Shown piece by piece: positions 39,987 to 52,717 of a stretch of DNA of 55,887 nucleotides. The DNA comes from Kofleriaceae bacterium. Its GTDB lineage: Bacteria > Myxococcota_A > Polyangia > Haliangiales > Haliangiaceae. Location: contig JBKJLC010000290.1 in assembly GCA_046597055.1 (NCBI GenBank), positions 1 to 55,887 of the forward strand, given 5' to 3'. The notes under the pieces are model-generated. The model was not told the DNA's origin and did not search any database. It saw only the letters and a program-made list of their open reading frames with translations. A program made the translations under genes and the position numbers. Within the stretch, counting starts at the first letter, position 1, and each line of letters opens with the position of its first letter.

Positions 39987-41540
39987 TCAGTCGTCGTGCG
40001 CGTCGACCGCCGCGTCGCAGGTCGCACCGTCGTCGCCGTCCCCGTCGTCCACGGACATGATCAGCAGCTGACCGCCCTGGATGAGCTCCGGGTCGGACTC
40101 GGCCCGATGGACCTGCACGTCGAGGACGAGCTTGCCCGGGCCGAGGATGCGCGAGACGTCGATGATGCCCGACGACTCCTCGTCCTGGGTCAGGAAGCCC
40201 GGCAGCCCGACCGTGAAGCGGGCCGGATCGTGCTGGGCGAGCAGCTGGAGCTCGCGGTTCCGCAGATCGAACCGCCAGATTTTGGCGAGGTGCGCCTGGT
40301 TGCCCGGATCCTCCTGCAGGTAGACCCAGCGGCCGTCGTCGGTGACGGTCATGTTGTCGAACATGCGCGGCGTGACCCCACCCAGCGACCAGGTGTTGCC
40401 GTCGATCAGGCACTCGATGGTGCCGCCGGCCGCCGGATTGGCGCCATTGGCGAACGTGATGCGCCACAGCCGGGTCGAGCGAGTGAACGCCGCGGTGGTG
40501 GTGAACAGGATCTGGTTGCCGTCGGCCGGGTTCCAGTGCGCATCCTCGGGCCGGTCGAACACAGTGACGCCGCTCGCGGTCTCGAGCGCCTGCAGCGCGG
40601 CCTCCGACAAGCCGGTCACGTCGCCGAAGTCGACCAACTCGACCGGCGTGCCCGGCGCCGGCGGCGCCAGCTGGACCGCCGCGGCCGGTGGCACCGCGAC
40701 CAGCGTCTCGCGCGGATAGCCGGGGACCCGGATGCCATACAACCGGCCGTTGGTGAGCCCGGCGCGCGCCGGCGGCGTTCCGGTCGCCTGCTTGCTGCCG
40801 ACGTACACGACGACCTCGCCTGCCGGCGCGCCGTCGTCGGTGCCGACCACGACCGTGCGGACGCCGGTGTGGGCGCGCGCGACCAGGTTCTCGAAGCCCA
40901 TCCGACCCATCCGAGGCAGCTCGTAGGAGATGCCGGTGGCGACGTCGTGGGCGAACGCCCGGCCGTCCTCGTCGGCCTCCTCGCCCGCCATGTACAGCCG
41001 ATCGCGATAGCCCCGACGGGTCGCGCGGTCGAAGAACGCCGACCGATCCGGGAGATCACCGGAGCAGAACCGCGCCAGCGTCACGCCGTACGCCGGCGCG
41101 TCGTGGCGGCCAGCCGCCAGGTTCCACAGGGCGACCCCCTGGATGAGATCGGCGCCATCCTCGACCTCGTGCGTGTGCCGGTCGATGGTCCAGTGCGAGA
41201 TGAACCCGCCCGGGGCGCCGTGGGCACGCACCACGCCCGGGGTCGCGCTCAGCGGATCGACCTCGTGGTTCATCGCCAGGTGGAGCTCGCCCCCTTCCTT
41301 CCAGGCGCCCAGCCCGTCGGGGATCCCGACCATGCGATAGCCGCTGTCGGTGGCGGCATCGCCCACCGACAGCAACGCCTCGAACGACACGTTAGACCGG
41401 AGTGGCACCAGGTACGGCGCGACCGCGGTGGTCCCGACCAGCGCCTGCGCGCTCTCGCCCGACGCCCGGTCGGCCGCGTCCGCGGCACAGCCAGCCGCCA
41501 GCATGCCGAACACCCAACCTCCAATGCTCACGCTCTTCAT
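39987..41540 (-). CDS. PhoX/DUF839-like alkaline phosphatase lipoprotein
   Basis: Lipobox LAAGC; PDGLGA, MNHE, RFCSGD, GRMGFEN, FDRPED, MFDN, LQED, ESSGIIDVS, DVQVH. Confidence 0.85.
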   Translation of the reverse strand: MKSVSIGGWVFGMLAAGCAADAADRASGESAQALVGTTAVAPYLVPLRSNVSFEALLSVGDAATDSGYRMVGIPDGLGAWKEGGELHLAMNHEVDPLSATPGVVRAHGAPGGFISHWTIDRHTHEVEDGADLIQGVALWNLAAGRHDAPAYGVTLARFCSGDLPDRSAFFDRATRRGYRDRLYMAGEEADEDGRAFAHDVATGISYELPRMGRMGFENLVARAHTGVRTVVVGTDDGAPAGEVVVYVGSKQATGTPPARAGLTNGRLYGIRVPGYPRETLVAVPPAAAVQLAPPAPGTPVELVDFGDVTGLSEAALQALETASGVTVFDRPEDAHWNPADGNQILFTTTAAFTRSTRLWRITFANGANPAAGGTIECLIDGNTWSLGGVTPRMFDNMTVTDDGRWVYLQEDPGNQAHLAKIWRFDLRNRELQLLAQHDPARFTVGLPGFLTQDEESSGIIDVSRILGPGKLVLDVQVHRAESDPELIQGGQLLIMSVDDGDGDDGATCDAAVDAHDD

Positions 41541-41939
41541 GATGTCCCTCCCGCCATTCACCGACCCGCGGCGAGCGCGAGCAGACGCCAGCACGGCGCC
41601 CGCCCTGCCCACCCGACGGGGCGATCGCGACCCGCTCGGGTCACTACCCCGTTGATGACGGACCTTGCACCCGAACCCTCACGGCACGCACGCACGATTC
41701 GACGAAAATGCGGCTTATCCCGGGCCGCGAATGACCCGACCACGCCCGCGCCCGCCGCGGTCAACCGACCCCAGCACCGTGGGTATCGGTCGGCCATGGC
41801 CAAGCACGCTCGTCGAATCGTTCGAGCTTCTGATCGATGCCGCGTAGCACCGCCGCGGCTGGCTGGGCGACTTCTTCGCCTGGTTCCCAACGGCACGCCT
41901 CGGGTCCGCCTGCCGCCTGCGGAGGTGCACCTCAACCCG

Positions 41940-42350
41940 GTCGTCACGGAGGCCGTCGACCTGACGGAGTCCGCGACGATCCTGCACCGCCGCGGCGATC
42001 GCGTCACCCCGATCGCCGCGGGCCGCGCCCTGGCGGCGTCGATCGCCGGCGCGCGCCTGGTCGAGCTCGACGGCGACGCCCACCTGCCGTACTGCGGCGA
42101 TCGCGTCGAGGTGGTCGCCGAGGTCGAGAGCTTCCTGACCGACATGCCGACCGTGATCAACGGGCCGCTGCGGCTGGCCACCACGCTGGTGGTCCGCGTC
42201 GAAGACGCCGCCGCGATCGCCCGGCTGCGGCACGCCATCGAGCACGAGCGCGGGCTTCCGCTGGCCGAGCGCGTCGGCGAGCTGACCGCGTGGTACGACG
42301 CCCCCGCCGCGGCCCTGCGCGCGGTGCGCGGCGCCCGCCTCGACCCGCAC
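41940..42350 (+). pseudogene. Remnant of an alpha/beta-hydrolase fused to a degenerate cyclase-like region; boundaries approximate
   Basis: TILHRRGDRVTPIAAGRALAASIAGARLVELDGDAHLPYCGD...EVESFL resembles a hydrolase C-terminus; no N-terminal half and no own stop before the convergent gene. Confidence 0.6.
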
Positions 42351-42388
42351 GCCCGTCACGCCCGTCGGGGGCTGGGCGCACGCCGCGA

Positions 42389-43765
42389 TCACTTGCGGCG
42401 GATCGAGAGCCCGTGCGGGTCGCTCTCCTCGGTGCCATTGACCGGGTTGACGAACGACGACCGCAACACGTGGGTCAGCGCGCCGCCGGTGCCGCCGTCG
42501 GTGATCTGGACGATGCCGAGCCCCGGCGTCGAGCCGGCCGAGGCGTGGGCGCCGGTCTGGGGCCGGGGCCCACGCAGCGCGGCGTAGAAGCGATCGCCGT
42601 TCGGCGAGCGCGCGACGATGTCGGGCGTCGGATCGGCGCTGGCCGGCGACACCAGCGACACGGTCGCCACGTGCTGCCGGCTCGGCAGCGCGAACACCTC
42701 CGCGACGTTGGCCAGGCGATCGAACTGCCAGAGGTGGTCGTTGCCTTCGGTCAGGGCCATGCCGTGGGCGTCGCGCTCGCCGGTGAGGGCGCGGAAGAAC
42801 ACCTGCGGATCGCTGGGGAAGTTGTCCGTGCGCACCTGCCCGAAGGTCGAGTCGGTGAACTCGTAGAGTGAGAACTCGTGCGGGTTGCTGGCCAGCGTCC
42901 CGGTGCCGCCGTTGAGGTAGACCTTGTTGCCGCGCTGGACCCCGCCGCAGCCGTCGCGCCCGATGCGGTCGTTGCCGTAGGCGGCGATGAGCGACATCGG
43001 CGTCGCGCGCAGGTCGACGATGAAGAGGCCGCCGCCGCGCAGCGTGACGTAGGCCCGGTCGCTGTCGGTCAGCACCGGGCAGATCGGCGCGTTGTCCGGC
43101 CGGTTGTTGGGCCCCAGGTACGCCGGGTCGAGGTCGCTGACCGGCGTGCTCGACTGGCACGGCTTGCCGCTCGGGGTCGTGCAGCCGACCAGGTCGAGCG
43201 TGGCGGCGGCCTGGTGCACCGCAGAGGCGATGGTGCCATCCGGCCTGTAGGCGACGTCGATGCGCTCGAGCAGCTTGCCGTTCTGGTTGGCGACCACGAT
43301 CGCCGTGCCGTCGTGGCTCCAGAAGGCGGCGTGGGCCTGGCGGGCGCCGCCCGCACCCGGGCTCATGCGGAACAGGTAGCGCGGCTGCCTGGTGGCCGCC
43401 TCGAAGATCGCGACGTGGCCGCTGCCGACGAACGACAGGAGCATGTAGCGCTGGTTGGGGCTGGGAAAGATCATGTGCGGCCGGACCACGTTGGCGCCGG
43501 TCGGATTGCCCGGCGTGCCGACGGCGAACACCGCGGCCAGGTCGAGGACCTCCGGCGCGTCGACCGGCCCGCCCGCGGCGTCGAGGTCGTCGCCGTCGTG
43601 GATGATGAGCCGGCCGCCGTGCGTGCCGCGCGGGTTGGCCGCGAAGCCGGCGGTGTTGTTCTGGTCGGTCATCCAGACCTCGTATCCCGCCTGCGCGGGC
43701 GCCGCGGCCGCGCCGATGGCGACGCCGAACGTGATGGTGATCAGAGCGCTGCGAATTGACGCCAC
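42389..43765 (-). CDS. Secreted beta-propeller-like (YncE-like) protein
   Basis: Signal peptide ending AQA; repeated blade-like motifs RPHMIFPSPN, QAHAAFWSHDG, DAHGMALT, TPDIVARSPNG, DPHGL. Confidence 0.75.
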   Translation of the reverse strand: MASIRSALITITFGVAIGAAAAPAQAGYEVWMTDQNNTAGFAANPRGTHGGRLIIHDGDDLDAAGGPVDAPEVLDLAAVFAVGTPGNPTGANVVRPHMIFPSPNQRYMLLSFVGSGHVAIFEAATRQPRYLFRMSPGAGGARQAHAAFWSHDGTAIVVANQNGKLLERIDVAYRPDGTIASAVHQAAATLDLVGCTTPSGKPCQSSTPVSDLDPAYLGPNNRPDNAPICPVLTDSDRAYVTLRGGGLFIVDLRATPMSLIAAYGNDRIGRDGCGGVQRGNKVYLNGGTGTLASNPHEFSLYEFTDSTFGQVRTDNFPSDPQVFFRALTGERDAHGMALTEGNDHLWQFDRLANVAEVFALPSRQHVATVSLVSPASADPTPDIVARSPNGDRFYAALRGPRPQTGAHASAGSTPGLGIVQITDGGTGGALTHVLRSSFVNPVNGTEESDPHGLSIRRK

Positions 43766-44111
43766 GTAGAAGCCTCCGGTGTGCCGGTCCCCCCGGCCGG
43801 CCCCACGGTAGCCGATCGCCGCGCGCGCCGCGCCCGCTCAGACCCGGTTGCGCATGAGCGCGCAATGCGCCACCGCCGAGATCCCCGAGGAGACGAACCA
43901 CGCCCAGGCGTAGAGGTGGTTGAAGAGCGCGGGAACCGTAGCGGGCACGGCGCCGCTCGCGGCAACCAGGAAGCCGGGCAGGCAGGCAAGACGCCGAGAG
44001 CGAACGCGACGAAGGCGCGCGGGTTGATGAGGCCGCCGCCGCGGTCGTCGCCGCTCGTTCATCTGCGACTTTGGCCAACGGCCGCCGACGTCCGGTGTAG
44101 GTTGCTCGGCC

Positions 44112-47100
44112 ATGCGCCGCCGCTCTGCATTCGCACGCCCCCCTCGCAGGGCCCTGTTCGCCATCGGGGGGCTGGTCCTCTGGCTCGCCGCCTGCGGTGA
44201 CAACCTGCCGGCGTCGAGCGTCGACGCGGGTGGCGATGCGGCAAACGTCGATTCGTCGAATGTGCCGACGGACGCGATGCCTGACGCACCCGCGGCCCCG
44301 GCCCTGTGCACCGTCACCGCCGGCGATGCGCGCAAGCTGGTGACCGGCACGCTGCTCACGCCGACCGGCGTCGTCGCCAATGGCCAGGTCGCGATCAGCG
44401 CGACCGGTAGCATCACCTGCGTCGGGGCGAGCTGCAGCGCCGGCGGCGAGACCGTGATCGCCTGCCCGATGGGCGTCATCTCGCCGGGTCTCATCAACAC
44501 GCACGATCACATCACGTTCACGCAGAACAGCCCGTACACCGACACCGGCGAGCGCTACGAGCACCGCCATGACTGGAGGCTCGGCCGGCGCGGTCACACC
44601 CGCCTCACCACGCCGGGTGGGGCGAGCGGCGACCAGGTCCGCTGGGGCGAGCTGCGCTTCCTGTTGGGCGGGGCGACCTCGATCGTCGGCTCGGGGGGCG
44701 CCGCCGGCCTGTTGCGCAACCTCGATCAGGCGTCCAACCAGGAGGGCCTCGGCCAGCCGGCGGTGCAGTTCGAGACCTTCCCGCTCGACGACTCGAGCGG
44801 CACCCAGCTCACCGCGACCTGCAACTACGGCACGGGCCCCGATACGGCGGCGTCGATCGCGGCCTACGCGGCCTACGAGCCGCACGTGGCCGAGGGCATC
44901 GACTCGGCGTCGCGCAACGAGTTCCTCTGCACCAGCTCCGACACCTACGACACGATGGCGCCGGGGCTGTCGCACGACCTGGTGCAGCCGCAGACCGCGA
45001 TGATCCACGGCGTCGGCCTGCGCCCGTTTGACTACGGCGTGATGGCGCTCGACGGCACCGCGCTCATCTGGTCGCCGCGCTCGAACATCACGCTCTACGG
45101 CGACACGGCGCCGGCGCCGGTCGCGGCACGTATGGGCGTGCAGATCGCGCTCGGCACCGACTGGACCCCGACGGGGTCGATGAACCTGCTGCGCGAGCTC
45201 GACTGCGCCGACTTCATCAACCGGACCTACTGGGCCGGCTACTTCACCGACGAGGCGCTCTGGCAGATGGTGACCGGGAACGCCGCGGCGGTGACCGCGA
45301 CCGATGACGTCATCGGCTCGATCGCGGTCGGTCGCGTCGCCGACCTCGCGGTCTTCGACGGCCGCGTCAACGCCGGATACCGCGCGGTGATCGACGCCGA
45401 GCCGAAGGACGTGGCGCTCGTGCTCCGCGGCGGCAAGCCCCTCTACGGCGAGGCCGCCACGATCGCGGCGCTCGTCCCGACCGGCTGCGACGTGGTCGAC
45501 GTGTGCGGGAACTCGAAGCAGGTCTGCCTGATGAGCGAGATCAACAAGACCTACCCGCAGCTCCAGGCCGCGGTCGGGGGGACGGCGTACCCGGCGTTCT
45601 TCTGCGGCACGCCGATGAACGAGCCGTCGTGCGTCGCCCGCCGCAGCGTCGCGGTCGCGGGCTCGACGATCTACACCGGCGTCGGCACGGCCGCCGACAC
45701 GGATGGTGACGGCGTGGCCAACGGGAGCGACTCGTGCCCGACCGTGTTCAATCCGGTGCGGCCGGTGGACAGCGGTGCCCAGGGCGACGCCGACAACGAC
45801 ACCGCCGGCGATGTCTGTGACGTCTGTCCGGTGAACGCGAACACCACGCTCTGCACCGCGATCGATCCCAACGACCGCGATGGCGACGGGGTGGTCAACG
45901 GCGTCGACAACTGCCCCGACGCCGCCAACCCGCTGCAGGCGGACGGTGACAGCGACCTGAAGGGCGATATCTGTGACCCCTGTCCGATGGTGTCGAACCC
46001 CGGCACCGCGGGGTGTCCGGTGACGATCTACAGCATCAAGAACGGGACGACGCCGGTGGGGTCGACGGTCCGGGTGGTCAGCGCGCTGGTTACCGGTGAG
46101 GGCCGCGACGGCTTCTTCGTCCAGACGAAGGCGGGCGACCCCGGCTACGCGGGCGCCGACTTCTCGGGGCTGTTCGTCTACACCGGCTCGGCGTCACCCT
46201 TCCTGGCGACGGTGCAGGTCGGCGACCGCGTGACGATCGACGGCTCGGTGATGAACTTCAACGGTCAGCTCGAGCTCGATGGGGTCACGAACGTCACGGT
46301 CGACCAGTCGCTCGCCGAGGCGCCACCGCCGCCGGTCGCGGTGACCGGCGCGGAGGTCACGACCGGTGGCGCGCGGGCGCCAGCGCTCGAGGGCGTGATC
46401 GTGCGGCTCGGCGCGAGCAGCGTGACCGCGGTCGACGCGGCGCAGGGTGAGATCACCGTAATGGATGCGGTGGGCACGGTGGTGGTGGATGACTACCTGT
46501 TCGTGCCGGCGCCGGCGCCGACGGTGGGCCAGACCTTCGGGTCGGTGACCGGGGTGCTGGCCCTGCGCTCGGCGGTGTCGAAGATCGAGCCGCGCGCGGC
46601 GACCGATCTGCCGGTGGGCATGGCGATCCTCACCGGGTTCGCGCCGGCGCTGTCGTTCGTGAACGTCGGCCAGATGATGGTGCCGACCTACCCGACCCCG
46701 CTCACCTTGACCCTGAACGGGGTGGTGGCGACCGACACAATGGTGAACGTGTCGTCGAGCAACGAGGCGGCGGTGATGGTGGTGGGGGGTGGCATCCTGA
46801 TCCCCGCCGGCCAGGCCAGCGGCCAGGTCCGGGTGGTGGCGATCAGCGCGGGCACGGCCACGCTGACGGCGTCGCTGGGCGCGGTGTCGCTCACCGCAAC
46901 CGTGCGCGCGCTGGACGGGTCGGAGCAGCCGGTGCTGACCGGCCTGACCCCGGCGACGGCGTCGGTCCTCGTGAACGGGACGCTGGCGTTGACCGTGACC
47001 CTGGACCTGCCGGCGCCGGCTGGCGGCACGGCGGTCGCCGTGGTGCTGGCGCCGGCGAGCGCGGGCACCGTCCCGGCGACGGTGACGGTGCCGGTCGGCC

Positions 47101-47795
47101 AGATGGCGGCGTCATTCAACTTCGTGCACAGCGGCGCGGACCGGTCCGCGACGGTGACGGCGTCGATGGGCGCGGCCTCGTTCTCGTCGACGGTCACCAT
47201 CACGACGGCGACGGGCAACCTGATGATCAACGAGGTGGACTACGACCAGACCGTCAATCCCGACGGCACGGAGTACGTCGAACTGTACAACCCGACCGGC
47301 GCGGCGATCTCGCTGACCAACCTCGCGCTCATCCTGGTGAACGGCAACGGGACCCCGGCCGAGTACCGGCGGATCGATCTGGGGCCGGCTGGATCGATCG
47401 CGGCGGGCGGCTACCTGGTGATCGGCGCCGCGGCGGTGGCGTCGCCCGGCACGACCAAGTACACGCCGCCGGTGGGCGCCGGTGCCGGGCAGTGGCCGGC
47501 GACCGACGCGATCCAGAACGGCGGTGCCGGGATCAGCGCGCCGGGCGACGGCATGCTGCTGGTGAACACGTCGACGATGACGGTGCTCGACAAGCTGTCG
47601 TACGAGTCGGCGATCACGGTGACCATCACCGGGTTCGGGGCGATCAACCTCGTCGAGGGCGCGATGGCGACCGCCGCGGCCGAAACCGGCGCGGGCTCGA
47701 TCGGGCGCATCCCCGATGGCACCGACACCGACAACGCAGTGACCGACTGGGCGATCACGAGCACGCTGACGCCCGGGCTCGCGAACGTCCCCTGA
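44112..47795 (+). CDS. Large lipoprotein: amidohydrolase, TSP3 repeats, OB-fold-like, Ig-like and lamin-tail domains
   Basis: Lipobox LAAC; PGLINTHDH, HVAEG, IHG, LGTDW; DTDGDGV/DRDGDGVVNGVDNCP repeats; GFFVQ...GLFVY...VGDRVTIDG; LMINEVDYDQ...EYVELYNPT...TPG. Confidence 0.88.
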   Translation: MRRRSAFARPPRRALFAIGGLVLWLAACGDNLPASSVDAGGDAANVDSSNVPTDAMPDAPAAPALCTVTAGDARKLVTGTLLTPTGVVANGQVAISATGSITCVGASCSAGGETVIACPMGVISPGLINTHDHITFTQNSPYTDTGERYEHRHDWRLGRRGHTRLTTPGGASGDQVRWGELRFLLGGATSIVGSGGAAGLLRNLDQASNQEGLGQPAVQFETFPLDDSSGTQLTATCNYGTGPDTAASIAAYAAYEPHVAEGIDSASRNEFLCTSSDTYDTMAPGLSHDLVQPQTAMIHGVGLRPFDYGVMALDGTALIWSPRSNITLYGDTAPAPVAARMGVQIALGTDWTPTGSMNLLRELDCADFINRTYWAGYFTDEALWQMVTGNAAAVTATDDVIGSIAVGRVADLAVFDGRVNAGYRAVIDAEPKDVALVLRGGKPLYGEAATIAALVPTGCDVVDVCGNSKQVCLMSEINKTYPQLQAAVGGTAYPAFFCGTPMNEPSCVARRSVAVAGSTIYTGVGTAADTDGDGVANGSDSCPTVFNPVRPVDSGAQGDADNDTAGDVCDVCPVNANTTLCTAIDPNDRDGDGVVNGVDNCPDAANPLQADGDSDLKGDICDPCPMVSNPGTAGCPVTIYSIKNGTTPVGSTVRVVSALVTGEGRDGFFVQTKAGDPGYAGADFSGLFVYTGSASPFLATVQVGDRVTIDGSVMNFNGQLELDGVTNVTVDQSLAEAPPPPVAVTGAEVTTGGARAPALEGVIVRLGASSVTAVDAAQGEITVMDAVGTVVVDDYLFVPAPAPTVGQTFGSVTGVLALRSAVSKIEPRAATDLPVGMAILTGFAPALSFVNVGQMMVPTYPTPLTLTLNGVVATDTMVNVSSSNEAAVMVVGGGILIPAGQASGQVRVVAISAGTATLTASLGAVSLTATVRALDGSEQPVLTGLTPATASVLVNGTLALTVTLDLPAPAGGTAVAVVLAPASAGTVPATVTVPVGQMAASFNFVHSGADRSATVTASMGAASFSSTVTITTATGNLMINEVDYDQTVNPDGTEYVELYNPTGAAISLTNLALILVNGNGTPAEYRRIDLGPAGSIAAGGYLVIGAAAVASPGTTKYTPPVGAGAGQWPATDAIQNGGAGISAPGDGMLLVNTSTMTVLDKLSYESAITVTITGFGAINLVEGAMATAAAETGAGSIGRIPDGTDTDNAVTDWAITSTLTPGLANVP

Positions 47796-48286
47796 GGCGG
47801 GCACGACCGGCGAGGCCGCCGGACGCGGACCTCGCTGCAGTTGATCGCCGCCCGGCCGGGCCCACGCCCGGCCGGCGCTACGCTCACGCGTGATGTCGAG
47901 CCCCATCCCTCACAACTAGAAGCACGATCATGTTGTTGTGCTCCACGTGCCCATCGGCAACGGGCGCATCGCCGAGATGACGTGGGATCCCTGGGCACAC
48001 TGGTGGTGGGGCCCGGAGATCGAGAAGCTGGAGAACGGCAGCGCCCTGCTCGTGAAGGCGGGCGCGGAAGAAGACGCCGGACGGCGATCAGCATCAGAAC
48101 GCCTGGTTCATCCCCTTCGCCGACGGGGTGTTCGACGCCGATTGTCGGGATAACGACGCCTTCTGGCAGATGGGCCGGAACATCATCTGCTCGATCAGTA
48201 GCCCCGGAACCTGCCCCCCCTAAGCCGCGCTAGCCGCAGTGCCGGTCACATACGCTCTGGCACTCACAAACGTCGATCACTTGCTC

Positions 48287-48408
48287 TTCCGTTCGTCCTG
48301 AGCGCAGCCCGGCGCGAAGCGGCGGGCGAAGTCGAAGGACCCGTGCGCTGCGGGCGTCCTTCGACTTCGAACTCGCTTACGCTCGCTCTGCGCTCAGGAC
48401 GAACGGAA
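48287..48408. repeat. REP/MITE-like nested inverted repeat (122 bp)
   Basis: Outer perfect 21-bp arms 48287-48307/48388-48408 (TTCCGTTCGTCCTGAGCGCAG); inner perfect 14-bp arms 48327-48340/48356-48369 (CGAAGTCGAAGGAC). Confidence 0.9.
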
Positions 48409-48652
48409 AAATCTGTTCGATCCCGATCGCTTGCGCCTATCTGATCGGCATTGCCTCTAAGCCAAGTTAGACGCGGAGCAGGACAACCTCAGGTCGCGGT
48501 CCTTGGGCTGCGCCGCGACCTCGGATACGCGGGCGCCAGGCGGGTCGCGTGCGTGATCGCGCGGCGGGCGCAGGCCGACGCGGGCGGCAATCGACGCGCT
48601 CAACGGGTACCTCGACGAGTCGGACGACCGCTGTCGGTGAGCGGACCGGCGG

Positions 48653-51577
<2,925 letters not shown>

Positions 51578-51661
51578 GCGCCGACCATAGACGGCAACGC
51601 CCGTCCCCGCACCGGCACGCGCGCGGTTACCTCGCCCCGACGAACGCGATACGCTACCGCG

Positions 51662-52546
51662 GTGTCCGCCTCCTTGTGGTCCGCGTTCGCGCCGGCGCTG
51701 CCCGGCGCGAACGACGCCGACCCGGTGGTCATCGAGCGCGCGCTCGCCGAGCTGGTCGGCCGTGCCCACGTCGCGTGGCCGGAGCTGACGACCGCTGACC
51801 CGACGTTCGTCGCATTCGTCGCGGCGCGGCTCCCGAGCGATGCCGACCTGGTCACCACCCTCGCCGCGGCGCGCGCCGACGATCTCTATCTGTCCTGTGC
51901 CTGCCTCGCCGGCGAGCCCGCGGCGCACCGCGCGTTCGACGCGCTGCTGGCGCGCTCGGTCGACCTCGCGCTCGGCCGCATGGGCGCTGCCCCCGACGAG
52001 CGCCGCGACGTCGGCCAGGAGGTGCACACGCGCCTCCTGGTCGGCGACGGCACCACGCCGCCGCGCCTCGCCGCCTACACCGGTCGTGGCGACCTGCGCG
52101 GCTTCGTGCGCGCGGTCGCGGTGCGCGCGTTCCTCACCCGCAAGCGCGGCGATCGCAGCGATCGCAACGCCGACGACAGCGCACTCGAGCGGCTCGCCGC
52201 CGCCGATGAAGATCCGGCGCTGGCGATCATGCGGGTCCGCTACGCCGACTCGTTCCGCCGCGCGTTCCACGCAGCCGTCGGCGACCTGACGCCGCGCGAT
52301 CGCGCCCTGCTCCGCTACACATACCTCGACGGCCTCGGCCTCGACCAGCTCGCCACGATCTACCAGGTGAGCCGCGCCACCGCGCACCGCCACCTGGTCA
52401 AGGCGCGCGAGACGCTCGGCGCCGCGGTCGAGGCCCACCTGGTCGCCGAGCTCGACGTGTCGTCGGACGAGCTCCACTCGCTGCGCCGCGTGATCCAGGG
52501 CGATCTCGACCTGAGCCTGCGCCGCGTCCTCGGCGCGCCGGCCTGA
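51662..52546 (+). CDS. ECF-type sigma-70 factor-like regulator
   Basis: DLYLSCACLAG, YTGRGDLRGFVR (region 2-like), LTPRDRALLRYTYLDGLGLDQLATIYQVSRATAHR (region 4 HTH). Confidence 0.85.
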   Translation: MSASLWSAFAPALPGANDADPVVIERALAELVGRAHVAWPELTTADPTFVAFVAARLPSDADLVTTLAAARADDLYLSCACLAGEPAAHRAFDALLARSVDLALGRMGAAPDERRDVGQEVHTRLLVGDGTTPPRLAAYTGRGDLRGFVRAVAVRAFLTRKRGDRSDRNADDSALERLAAADEDPALAIMRVRYADSFRRAFHAAVGDLTPRDRALLRYTYLDGLGLDQLATIYQVSRATAHRHLVKARETLGAAVEAHLVAELDVSSDELHSLRRVIQGDLDLSLRRVLGAPA

Positions 52547-52717
52547 TTGCCGCGTCGGCGCGGCCACTTGCAGGTTTTCTGCGCGCCAGCGTGAGACGGC
52601 TGCGCGCGACCTGCGTCCTTCCCACGACAGCGACGGCGACGCGGCGGCCTCCGGGCCCGCGTGGCCGCTGGCGCGAGTGCGCCAGTGGCCGCCGTCGGTC
52701 GCGAACAAGGAGCCTGC

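Noticed and set aside
47938..48153. 71-aa ORF with a Trp-rich segment
   Set aside because: No recognisable family or clear RBS; it could be a gene remnant but I cannot support it.
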